A DNA stretch of 41,360 nucleotides, from contig CANRQD010000002.1 in the NCBI GenBank assembly GCA_947632685.1, positions 1 to 41,360 on the forward strand, given 5' to 3'. Source of the DNA: an uncultured Bacilli bacterium (GTDB lineage Bacteria > Bacillota_I > Bacilli_A > RF39 > UBA660). This document shows, piece by piece, positions 8,601 to 16,126 of the stretch (positions are counted from its first letter, which is position 1; every line of letters starts with the position of its first letter). The notes under the pieces were generated by a model. The model saw only the letters and a list, made by a program, of their open reading frames with translations. It was not told the DNA's origin and made no database searches. The position numbers and the translations under genes are program-made.

Positions 8601-11412
8601 TAAACCAAGGCCAGATGGTTCATATTTATCTCTACAAGAAATTGCAGATTTATTAAATTATAAAAATATTAGTACTATATATATAATGAAAAATAAAATT
8701 TTAAAAAAATTAAATACTAATGACGAATATAAAAATCAAGTTTTAAAAGAATATCCTGAATTAGATAGTGATATGGAAATAAAAAATAATATCCATATTG
8801 TACAACAACGAAAAATAATAAAAGATGTACAATTACTTAAATATTTTTATCAACAAAAATCAGATGGTACTTATTTTTCTACACAAGAAATTGCAAATTT
8901 ATTAAATTATAATAATATTAATAGTATATATTCAATGAAAAATAAAATTTTAAAAAAATTAAATACTAATGACGAATATAAAAATCAAATTTTAAGAGAG
9001 TATCCTGAATTAGATAATGATATGAAAATAAGAAATAATACTCATATTGTAAAATCAAAGAAAATTTCTAATGAAAAAATCAAAAAAGATGCACAATTAC
9101 TTAAATATTTTTATCAACAACAACCTGATGGTACTTATTTTTCTACACATGAAATTGCAGATTTAATAAATATAAGCACTCATAATATATATACAATAAA
9201 AAATAAAATCTTACAAAAAATAAATACTGATAATGAATATAAAGCTCAAATTTTACAAGAATACCCTGAATTAGATAATGATATTGAAATAAGAAATAAT
9301 ACTCATATTGTAAAACCAAAGAAAATTTCTAATGAAAAAATCAAAAAAGATGTACAATTACTAAAATATCTTTATCAACCAAAGCCAGATGGTTCATATT
9401 TATCTCTACAAGAAATTGCAAATTTATTAAATTTAACCTTAAATCATATATCTAAAACTAAAACCAAACTTTCAAAAGATTTAATTAATAATCAGGAATA
9501 TAAAGCTCAAATTTTAAAAGAGTATCCTGAGTTAGATAATGATATGGAAATAAGAAATAATACTCACATTGTAAAACAAAAGAAAATTTCTAATAAAGGA
9601 ATTAAAAAAGATGTGCAAATTCTTAAATACCTTTATCAATCAAAGCCAGATGGTTCATATTTATCTCTACAAGAAATTACAGATTTATTAAATTATAAAA
9701 ATATTAATACTATATATATAATAAAAAATAAACTTTTAAAAAAATTAAATACTGATGACGAATATAAAAATCAAATTTTAAAAGAGTATCCTGAATTAGA
9801 TAATGATATGGAAATAAGAAATAATATCCATATTGTACAACAAAGAAAAATAATAAAAGATGTACAATTACTAAAATATCTTTATCAACCAAAGCCAGAT
9901 GGTTCATATTTATCTCTACAAGAAATTGCAGACTTATTAAATTATAATAATATTCGTAGTATGTATACAATAAAAAGTGAAATTTTAAAAATGCTAGATG
10001 CTGATATCCAATATAAAGCTCAAATTTTAAAAGAATATCCTGAGTTAGATAATGATATGGAAATAAGAAATAATACTCAGATTGCAAGACAAAACAAAAT
10101 TTCTAATGAAAAAATCAAAAAGGATGCAAAAACTCTTAAATATTTTTATCAACCAAAATCTGATGGTACTTACTATTCAATAAAAGAAATAGCAGAAATA
10201 TTAAACATTAAATCTACTAGTTTATATTCAGTTAAAAGCCATATTTTTATTAAATTAAATCAAGATCAAAACTATAAAAATAAAATATTAGAAGAATACC
10301 CTAATTTATATGATGATATTGAAATACAAAAAAATATTCCTACTATTATTCCACAAGAAAAAATTAATAGAGATGTAGAAATTCTTAAATATATTTATAA
10401 ACCAAAATCTGATGGTACCTATTTCTCTATGGAAGATATTTCTAAATTAATAGATATAAATATATCTTATTTATACACCTCTAGAAACCGTATTTTAGAA
10501 AAATTAAATAATAGTTCTAATTATAAAGAGCAAATACTAGATGCATATCCTGAACTAGTGGATGATATTGAAAAGAAAAATAATAATCCAATTACAAAAC
10601 AAAAGAAAATTTCTAATGAAAAAATTAACAAAGATGTACAATTACTTAAATATTTTTATCAACCAAACCCAGATGGTACTTATTTATCTACACAAGAAAT
10701 TGGAAAATTATTAAATATAACTTCAAAAACAGCATCTCAAAATAAGTATTACATATTACAAAAATTAAATGATAGACAAAAATATAAAAAATTGATATTA
10801 GCTGAATATCCTGAATTATATAATGACATTGAAAAGAAAAATAATAAAGTTGTATTTACAGAAAAAGAAAAAGAATTTGCTGATTTACTATATACTGATA
10901 ATACAAAAATTATAGAACCAAAAGAAAATTATTGTAAAAAATTAAATATAAATTCTGCAACTTTTGAGATATTAAGAAATGGTGTAATGACTAAATTAGT
11001 TAAAAATAAAAATTTAAGAAAAACATATCCGAACTATGAAGTAGAAAATGAAATTATAGAAGACTATAATAATAATAAAAGTATTATATTATCTGAGCAA
11101 GAACTTTTAAATATAAAGCATAATTCAAGAAAATATGATATTCCAAATAACAATAAATATATTGATAATGATAGTAATAATAATTTAATGAAAGGAATTA
11201 GATTATTAGAAGAATCAAATTATGGTGACTATATTTCTCTATGTACTTATGAACAAAAGGCTATGATTGCATTAAAATTTGCATTCTTTAATAATACTTC
11301 ATATTCAACAAAATATATTTGCAATAAATTTAATGTAAATAGTGATGAACTTTCTATACTTATGAAAGAATGTTTAGAAATAAAAAATAAACAAAAAATA
11401 AAGGTTAAATAA
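5665..11412 (+). CDS. Giant (1,915 aa) soluble Lys-rich protein made of ~21 tandem sigma-70-region-4-like / LuxR-like HTH modules
   Basis: The ORF is uninterrupted in very AT-rich DNA. GGAGG at 5654-5658 lies 6 nt before ATG 5665, so the track start at 5632 is probably too early. It contains 17 in-frame tandem units plus diverged copies at both ends. I saw no signal peptide, TM segment or enzymatic motif. Confidence 0.8.
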   Translation: METNKEFKENVKNNEKRKKFFIDKYRTDLKHLDIVCDDATIEKLLLEAIESFNDIPITFSSYGLNYLKDKLKTSESKYTPNSIFSENEMVILENYLEKDINGNYLTTEEIAKKLSINVFDVTQAVYKLQNKLNYHKIKNIFGDFETKIIERKRNIRKQEKQNNTKKIKDISDNDIEIIGLFTGQINDICLDIEEIANLKNTTPKKMQEQIINIYELLEDKKNYDKLLLKYPTITQMLRIKGTGLGLSFTNKFKTNSSSNKKTLHTNNISNNVKILKYFYQQQPNGTYLSPQEIANLLNYNNVNGIYSIKNKILKMIDTDNKYKAQILKEYPELDSDMEIRNNTHIVRQRKISNEKIKKGAQILKYFYQPKPDGTYLSPQEIADLLNCNNIKSIYSIKSEILKKIDTNNEYKVQILKEYPELDSDMEIRNNTHIVRQRKISNEKIKKDAQILKYFYQPKFDGTYLSSNEIAKLLNYTKTNGIYSVKNSILKKIDTDDEYKAQILKEYPELDNDMEIRNNTHIVKQKKISNEKIKKDTQILKYFYQPKPDGTYLSLQEIAKLLNYTKTNGIYSVKNRILKKLNTNDEYKAQILQEYPELNNDMEIRNNTHIVKSKKSSNEKIKKDAQLLKYFYQPKPDGTYFSTHEIADLLNYNNINSIYSMKNRILKRINANNKYKNQILQEYPELDNDIEIRNNTHIVKQKKISNEKIKKDAQLLKYFYQQQPDGTYFSTQKIADLINISTHNIYTIKKKILQKINNDNEYKVQILQEYPELDNDMEIRNNTHIVKSKKISNKKIKKDAQLLKYLYQPNPDGSYLSTHEIADLLNYSNNINNIYTVKNRILKKLNTNNEYKTQILKEYPELNNDMEIKNNTPQNKISNEKIKKDVQLLKYLYQPKPDGSYLSIQEIANLLNLTVNHISKTKTKLSKDLINNQEYKVQILKEYPELDNDMEIRNNTHIVRPKKISNKRIKKNVQILKYLYKPRPDGSYLSLQEIADLLNYKNISTIYIMKNKILKKLNTNDEYKNQVLKEYPELDSDMEIKNNIHIVQQRKIIKDVQLLKYFYQQKSDGTYFSTQEIANLLNYNNINSIYSMKNKILKKLNTNDEYKNQILREYPELDNDMKIRNNTHIVKSKKISNEKIKKDAQLLKYFYQQQPDGTYFSTHEIADLINISTHNIYTIKNKILQKINTDNEYKAQILQEYPELDNDIEIRNNTHIVKPKKISNEKIKKDVQLLKYLYQPKPDGSYLSLQEIANLLNLTLNHISKTKTKLSKDLINNQEYKAQILKEYPELDNDMEIRNNTHIVKQKKISNKGIKKDVQILKYLYQSKPDGSYLSLQEITDLLNYKNINTIYIIKNKLLKKLNTDDEYKNQILKEYPELDNDMEIRNNIHIVQQRKIIKDVQLLKYLYQPKPDGSYLSLQEIADLLNYNNIRSMYTIKSEILKMLDADIQYKAQILKEYPELDNDMEIRNNTQIARQNKISNEKIKKDAKTLKYFYQPKSDGTYYSIKEIAEILNIKSTSLYSVKSHIFIKLNQDQNYKNKILEEYPNLYDDIEIQKNIPTIIPQEKINRDVEILKYIYKPKSDGTYFSMEDISKLIDINISYLYTSRNRILEKLNNSSNYKEQILDAYPELVDDIEKKNNNPITKQKKISNEKINKDVQLLKYFYQPNPDGTYLSTQEIGKLLNITSKTASQNKYYILQKLNDRQKYKKLILAEYPELYNDIEKKNNKVVFTEKEKEFADLLYTDNTKIIEPKENYCKKLNINSATFEILRNGVMTKLVKNKNLRKTYPNYEVENEIIEDYNNNKSIILSEQELLNIKHNSRKYDIPNNNKYIDNDSNNNLMKGIRLLEESNYGDYISLCTYEQKAMIALKFAFFNNTSYSTKYICNKFNVNSDELSILMKECLEIKNKQKIKVK
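6475..10870 (+). repeat. Coding tandem array of 17 units of 246-264 nt
   Basis: Unit starts read from the sequence: 6475, 6739, 7003, 7267, 7531, 7795, 8056, 8314, 8578, 8824, 9088, 9349, 9613, 9859, 10123, 10372, 10633. Units 1-16 measure 264, 261, 258, 249 or 246 nt, always a multiple of 3 (the end of unit 17, near 10870, is approximate). Long stretches are nucleotide-identical between units. Confidence 0.95.
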
Positions 11413-11433
11413 TTTTAGCCTTTATTTTTATTT
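11398..11433 (+). terminator. Weak AT-rich hairpin plus T-tract between the convergent giant gene and infB
   Basis: Stem ataaagg (11398-11404) pairs with cctttat (11419-11425), followed by ttttattt. The loop is large (14 nt) and overlaps the stop codon. Confidence 0.35.
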
Positions 11434-11447
11434 ATAAGAATAAATTG

Positions 11448-13577
11448 TTATCTTTTAATCTCTACTAATTCATAAACTTCAATGATATCTTTTTCTTTAT
11501 AATCTTGACAATTTTCTAAAGTAATTCCACAATCCATATCTTTTTTTACTTCTTTTACTTGATCTTTTTCATGTTGTAAGGTTTTTATTTTACCATTATA
11601 TATAACAGTTCCATCACGAATGATTCTAGCATTAGCATTATTTTTAATATTTCCTGTTAAAACATGACATCCAGCAATTAGACCTACTTTAGAAAATTTA
11701 AATATTTGTCTTATTTCCAAAGTACCAATTACTTTTTCTTCATATTCTGGATCAAGCATACCTTTCATTGCTGCTTCCATATCTTCTACTACTTTATAAA
11801 TAATATCATAATTTCTAATTTCTATTCCATATTCTTTGGCAATATCGGCTGTTTTAGAATTAGCACGTACATTAAATCCTATAATTATTGCATTAGAAGC
11901 TGAAGCTAGAACTACATCACTTTCAGTAATAGCGCCTACACTACTTCTAATTACATTTATTTTGACTCCTTCAACATCAATCTTTTCTAGAGAACTTTTT
12001 ACAGCTTCACTACTACCATTTACATCAGCCTTAATAATAACATTTATCTCTTTTATTCCTTCTTTGATTTGACCAAATAAATCTTCTAATGTCATACCAC
12101 TTTTATTAGTAACTTCATCTCTTGCCCTAATAGCTCTTTCTTCTGCAATTGACTTAGCCTGTTTTTCTGTTTCAAATGCCATAAATCTATCTCCTGCAGA
12201 TGGAACATCTGAAATACCTGTAATTTCTACTGGTGTAGATGGAAGAGCCTCTACTAAATTTTTTCCCAAATCATTTTTTAAAGTTCTTACCTTTCCATAG
12301 CTTGTACCAACTACAATAGGATCTCCTAATCTTAAAGTACCATTTTGAATTAATAATGATACAACAGAACCTATTTGTTTATCTTTACGTGATTCTATAA
12401 CTGTACCACTTGCATAACGATTTGGATTAGCCTTCAACTCTTGCATATCAGCAACTAACAAAATATTTGATAATAGTTCATCAATACCTAAACCTGATTT
12501 GGCTGATATTTTACAAACAATTGTATCTCCACCCCACTCTTCAGGCGTTAGACCATTTTCTACTAATTCAGTCATTATCTTATCAGGATTAGCACCTTCT
12601 TTATCAATTTTATTAATTGCAACTATAATAGGTACATTTGCTGCTTTAGCATGATCAATAGCTTCTTTAGTTTGAGGCATTACACCATCATCAGCAGCTA
12701 CTATAATAATAACTACATCTGTAACACTAGCACCACGTGCTCTCATTTCTGTAAAAGCTTCATGACCAGGCGTATCAATAAAAGTAATTTTTCTACCCTC
12801 ACATTCTACAGAATATGCTCCGATTGCTTGTGTAATTCCACCAGCTTCTGAGCTTACAACATTAGTCTTTCTAATTGTATCGAGTAAAGTTGTTTTTCCA
12901 TGATCTACATGTCCCATAATTGTAACAACCGGTGGTCTTGGTACTAAATCTTCTTCCTTATCTTCTAGCTCAAGATTTTCAAAATTTGAAATATCACTAG
13001 TTTCTTCTCTTTTTAAAATTTTATTGTAATCACTAACTAAAACTTCACATGTTTCAAAATCTATACTTTGATTTAAATTAGCCATAATACCTAAGGACAT
13101 AACTTTTTTTACTACTTCTGCACCACTTACATCTAATAAATTAGCAATATCAGCAATAGTCATTCCTTCTTTATATAAAATAACATTATCAGCTTTAATT
13201 GCCTCATTACTTTGAAGTTTTTCACGATGTTTATAAATCTTTTTTCTTTCCTTAATAAAATTATTTTTAGCTTCTTGTTTTTTTACTACCTTAGTTTTTA
13301 CTTTTTCAAATCGTTCTTGATTATCTAAATCAATATTAGCTTCTTCGGCAAGTGCTTCTGCTTTTTCACTTACCTCTTCATCATATAATTCATCTTCATT
13401 ATCATTACCAGTTATATAATCTTCTTGATCTTGTATTTCATTATCAAGTAGTATTATATCATCCTCTGATAACATAGATTCTTCATTTTCATAACTAATA
13501 CCTATTTTATCACATAAAGCCTTAACATCACTTATATCCATATTAACATCTTGTGCATAATCAATTAAACTCATCAT
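11448..13577 (-). CDS. infB: Translation initiation factor IF-2
   Basis: GTPase motifs GHVDHGKTTLLD, DTPGH and NKID, followed by C-terminal IF-2 domains. GAGGTG lies 6 nt upstream of ATG 13577. The track's GTG at 13586 lies inside that RBS. Confidence 0.95.
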   Translation of the reverse strand: MMSLIDYAQDVNMDISDVKALCDKIGISYENEESMLSEDDIILLDNEIQDQEDYITGNDNEDELYDEEVSEKAEALAEEANIDLDNQERFEKVKTKVVKKQEAKNNFIKERKKIYKHREKLQSNEAIKADNVILYKEGMTIADIANLLDVSGAEVVKKVMSLGIMANLNQSIDFETCEVLVSDYNKILKREETSDISNFENLELEDKEEDLVPRPPVVTIMGHVDHGKTTLLDTIRKTNVVSSEAGGITQAIGAYSVECEGRKITFIDTPGHEAFTEMRARGASVTDVVIIIVAADDGVMPQTKEAIDHAKAANVPIIVAINKIDKEGANPDKIMTELVENGLTPEEWGGDTIVCKISAKSGLGIDELLSNILLVADMQELKANPNRYASGTVIESRKDKQIGSVVSLLIQNGTLRLGDPIVVGTSYGKVRTLKNDLGKNLVEALPSTPVEITGISDVPSAGDRFMAFETEKQAKSIAEERAIRARDEVTNKSGMTLEDLFGQIKEGIKEINVIIKADVNGSSEAVKSSLEKIDVEGVKINVIRSSVGAITESDVVLASASNAIIIGFNVRANSKTADIAKEYGIEIRNYDIIYKVVEDMEAAMKGMLDPEYEEKVIGTLEIRQIFKFSKVGLIAGCHVLTGNIKNNANARIIRDGTVIYNGKIKTLQHEKDQVKEVKKDMDCGITLENCQDYKEKDIIEVYELVEIKR

Positions 13578-13587
13578 GCTAATCACC

Positions 13588-13851
13588 TCACTTTTCTATT
13601 ATTTCCTTAATTTCCTCATAAATAGAATCATCTATTTTACATTCTAATCTTTTTTCTAATATTTTACTTTTTTTAGCTTTTTCTAATACAGAAATATCTT
13701 TTTTTATATACGCACCTCTACCATTAGCTTTTCCAGTCAAATCTACAATAACCTTTGCATCAGGCGTTCTAACAATTCTAAGAAGTTCTACTTTAGGTAA
13801 AGTTTCTTTAGTAACAACACATGTTCTTAAAGGAATTTTCTTAACCTTCAT
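13588..13851 (-). CDS. ylxR: YlxR/RnpM family (DUF448) RNA-binding protein
   Basis: PLRTCVVTKE...GRGAYI signature, 87 aa. Lies between nusA and infB. GGAGGG RBS. Its TGA stop overlaps the infB RBS. Confidence 0.9.
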   Translation of the reverse strand: MKVKKIPLRTCVVTKETLPKVELLRIVRTPDAKVIVDLTGKANGRGAYIKKDISVLEKAKKSKILEKRLECKIDDSIYEEIKEIIEK

Positions 13852-13884
13852 TATATACCCTCCTTATATTTACTAACATCAATA

Positions 13885-15021
13885 TTATGCTTCTTCTCTA
13901 AAATTTATTCCTTCATTTCTTGCTTGTTCATAATTTTTAATATCAATACGATAATGAGTTAATTTACTAGCAAGTCTTGCATTTTGACCTTTCTTACCAA
14001 TTGCAAGTGAAAAATTATCATCATCCGCAATAACCATAGCTTCTTGTTTTTTAGGATCAGTTATAGCAACTTTTAAATTTTTAGCAGGTGATAATGCATT
14101 TTCTATAAATACAGCTGGATCTTTATCATATCTAACTACATCTATTTTTTCTCCATGTAACTCTTCAATAATACGAGCTATACGAGTACCTTTTTCTCCA
14201 ATACATGCACCAATTGGATCAATATTTGGATTTTCTGAATATACAGCAATTTTACTTCTATTACCAGCATCTCTTGCAACACTATAAAGTAATATAGAAC
14301 CATCAGATAATTCTGGAATTTCAAGTTCAAATAAACGTTTTACAAAACCATAGTGAACTCTTGAAAGTAAAATAAGTAAATTTTTACCATTATTATCAAC
14401 TTTTGTAACATAGACTTTTATCTGACTACCCATTTCTATTTTTTCACCTGGAATAATATCTTTTTTAGGTAAAATACCATTAGTACGTCCTAAATCAATA
14501 AAATAATTATCTGTATCTTCAAGAGCTACGGTACCAATAAGTAATTCATCTTGTTTATCTCCATATTCTTCCATAATACTATTTCTTTCAGCTTCACGCA
14601 TTTTTTGAATAATAACTTGTTTAGCAGTCGAAGCAGCAACACGCCCAAAATCTTTTGGAGTAACTTCAGTATCAATTGTATCTCCAATATTTAATGATTT
14701 ATCTTCACGTCTAGCATCTTTTAATTTAATTTCAATATCAGGATTAAATAATTCTGGTAAAATTTCATTTCCTTCTTCATCTAATTCAACTTTATCTGGA
14801 TAATCTTCTGGCTTATCATCATCAACTATTGTTAAATATGAATATACCTTAATATCACCTGTATCACGATTAATTAATACTTTTACATTTGTTTTCGAAT
14901 TAAAATTCTTTTTATAAGCAGAAGTTAATGCAAGTTCCATAGCTTCAAATACTATTTCTTTATCTATTCCTTTTTCTTTAACAATATTATCAACTGCTTT
15001 TAAGAATTCTTTACTATTCAT
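13885..15021 (-). CDS. nusA: Transcription termination/antitermination factor NusA
   Basis: N-terminal domain, S1 domain and two KH domains (GACIGEKGTRI, AIGKKGQNARLA). 378 aa. Confidence 0.95.
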   Translation of the reverse strand: MNSKEFLKAVDNIVKEKGIDKEIVFEAMELALTSAYKKNFNSKTNVKVLINRDTGDIKVYSYLTIVDDDKPEDYPDKVELDEEGNEILPELFNPDIEIKLKDARREDKSLNIGDTIDTEVTPKDFGRVAASTAKQVIIQKMREAERNSIMEEYGDKQDELLIGTVALEDTDNYFIDLGRTNGILPKKDIIPGEKIEMGSQIKVYVTKVDNNGKNLLILLSRVHYGFVKRLFELEIPELSDGSILLYSVARDAGNRSKIAVYSENPNIDPIGACIGEKGTRIARIIEELHGEKIDVVRYDKDPAVFIENALSPAKNLKVAITDPKKQEAMVIADDDNFSLAIGKKGQNARLASKLTHYRIDIKNYEQARNEGINFREEA

Positions 15022-15274
15022 TAATACTCTCTCCTTTTTCCTCTGAATAAATATCTAATTCATCATAATTATGCTCAATTAAATCTGTTTTATCCATAAT
15101 CTCATTTATAATTCTGGATGCATCTGTTATTCTATTTAAATCAATAATAGTATCACTATCTAATACAATATTAAATACATTTTTACCTTCTACTTTAGAA
15201 ATAAAAGCATCACTAACAAACATATTTAAATCACTTATTTTAGAGTCAACTAAAGACTTAACTACATCCTTCAT
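15014..15274 (-). CDS. rimP: Short RimP-like ribosome maturation factor (N-terminal domain only)
   Basis: Sits immediately upstream of nusA with an 8-nt overlap. Has an N-domain-like pattern (VFNIVLDSDTIIDLNRITDASRIINEIMD...DELDIYS). Only 86 aa, so the usual C-terminal domain has no room. Confidence 0.6.
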   Translation of the reverse strand: MKDVVKSLVDSKISDLNMFVSDAFISKVEGKNVFNIVLDSDTIIDLNRITDASRIINEIMDKTDLIEHNYDELDIYSEEKGESINE

Positions 15275-15297
15275 ATAACACCTCCTACATATTTAAA

Positions 15298-15319
15298 GGA
15301 GTGGAAACAATTCCACTCC
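15298..15319 (-). promoter_or_regulatory. GC-rich 9-bp stem-loop at the 5' end of the rimP-nusA leader
   Basis: ggagtggaa (15298-15306) pairs perfectly with ttccactcc (15311-15319) around a 4-nt loop. It lies between the promoter (15335-15362) and the RBS. On the mRNA it is followed by UUUAAAUAU. Confidence 0.6.
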
Positions 15320-15334
15320 TCCTTTCTTTAATAG

Positions 15335-15362
15335 ATTATACCACAATTTAAATAAATTTCAA
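15335..15362 (-). promoter_or_regulatory. Strong promoter of the rimP-nusA-ylxR-infB operon
   Basis: On the minus strand: TTGAAA (15357-15362), a 16-nt spacer, then TGgTATAAT (-10 hexamer 15335-15340). Confidence 0.65.
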
Positions 15363-15434
15363 ATAATTATTTAATATTTTACATAAAGTATATATTTTAA
15401 GAGTAAATTATGTTATTATTTAATAGGTGATTAT

Positions 15435-16118
15435 ATGAAAAATAAAAATTTATTAAAAAATATTATAAAACTATGTATATGTTTTTTCTTATTCTTTTAT
15501 AGAACAATCTTTATTATTCCTATTATAAAGATTTTTAATATCAATACCAAAAAAATGAATACTGAAACAGAAATTATTCTATCTCTTATAGGTAATATTA
15601 TATTTGGAATTGTTATATTTTTAATATATAGAAAAGAACTTATCAAGGAATGGAAAATATTTAAAAACAATTTCTCTGATAATATAGATACTAGTATAAA
15701 ATATTGGTTATTAGGATTAGCTGGTATGGTAATATCCAATCTTATTATAAACTTTGTCCTAAATGGAGGACAAGCAATTAATGAACAAGGAGTTCAAAAA
15801 ATGATAGATAATTCCCCCTTAATTATGTTAATTACTGCTGGAATTATTGGTCCTATAAATGAAGAATTAGTATTTAGAAAAAGTTTTAAAAATGTATTTA
15901 AAAATAAATGGTTATTTATATTAATATCAGGTATCGTATTTGGATATTTACATGTATCTAGTGCTGATAGCCTAACTCAATTTTTATATATAATTCCTTA
16001 TTCTTCATTAGGTATAGCTTTTGCTACTACATATTATAAAACTGATACAGTATTTTCATCAATTTTTTCACATATGCTACATAATACTATTTTAACTATA
16101 TTATCAATGTCAATATAA
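15435..16118 (+). CDS. CPBP-family intramembrane glutamic endopeptidase (CAAX protease-like)
   Basis: Motifs INEELVFRKSF, FGYLH and HMLHN in a polytopic membrane protein. AGGTGA RBS. Confidence 0.85.
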   Translation: MKNKNLLKNIIKLCICFFLFFYRTIFIIPIIKIFNINTKKMNTETEIILSLIGNIIFGIVIFLIYRKELIKEWKIFKNNFSDNIDTSIKYWLLGLAGMVISNLIINFVLNGGQAINEQGVQKMIDNSPLIMLITAGIIGPINEELVFRKSFKNVFKNKWLFILISGIVFGYLHVSSADSLTQFLYIIPYSSLGIAFATTYYKTDTVFSSIFSHMLHNTILTILSMSI

Positions 16119-16126
16119 AAGAAGTA

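Noticed and set aside
5616-10087. Minus-strand track ORFs 5616-5828, 6066-6266 and 9710-10087.
   Set aside because: They are antisense to the giant repeat gene or to its promoter. They have no RBS, and the 9710-10087 frame simply mirrors the repeat periodicity.
6475-10870. Regular ~264-nt periodic repeats, considered as a possible CRISPR array or satellite.
   Set aside because: The repeats abut with no unique spacers. The measured unit lengths are all multiples of 3, and the whole array lies in one open frame encoding a coherent protein repeat.
11706-12851. Plus-strand track ORFs 11706-11903, 11836-12072 and 12651-12851.
   Set aside because: They are antisense within infB, which has unambiguous GTPase motifs.
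13588-13590. Possibility of genetic code 4 (TGA = Trp), given the extreme AT-richness.
   Set aside because: TGA terminates ylxR exactly where the family ends and where the infB RBS begins. Trp is encoded by TGG in conserved motifs (e.g. QWHPE), and the long ORFs contain no in-frame TGA.
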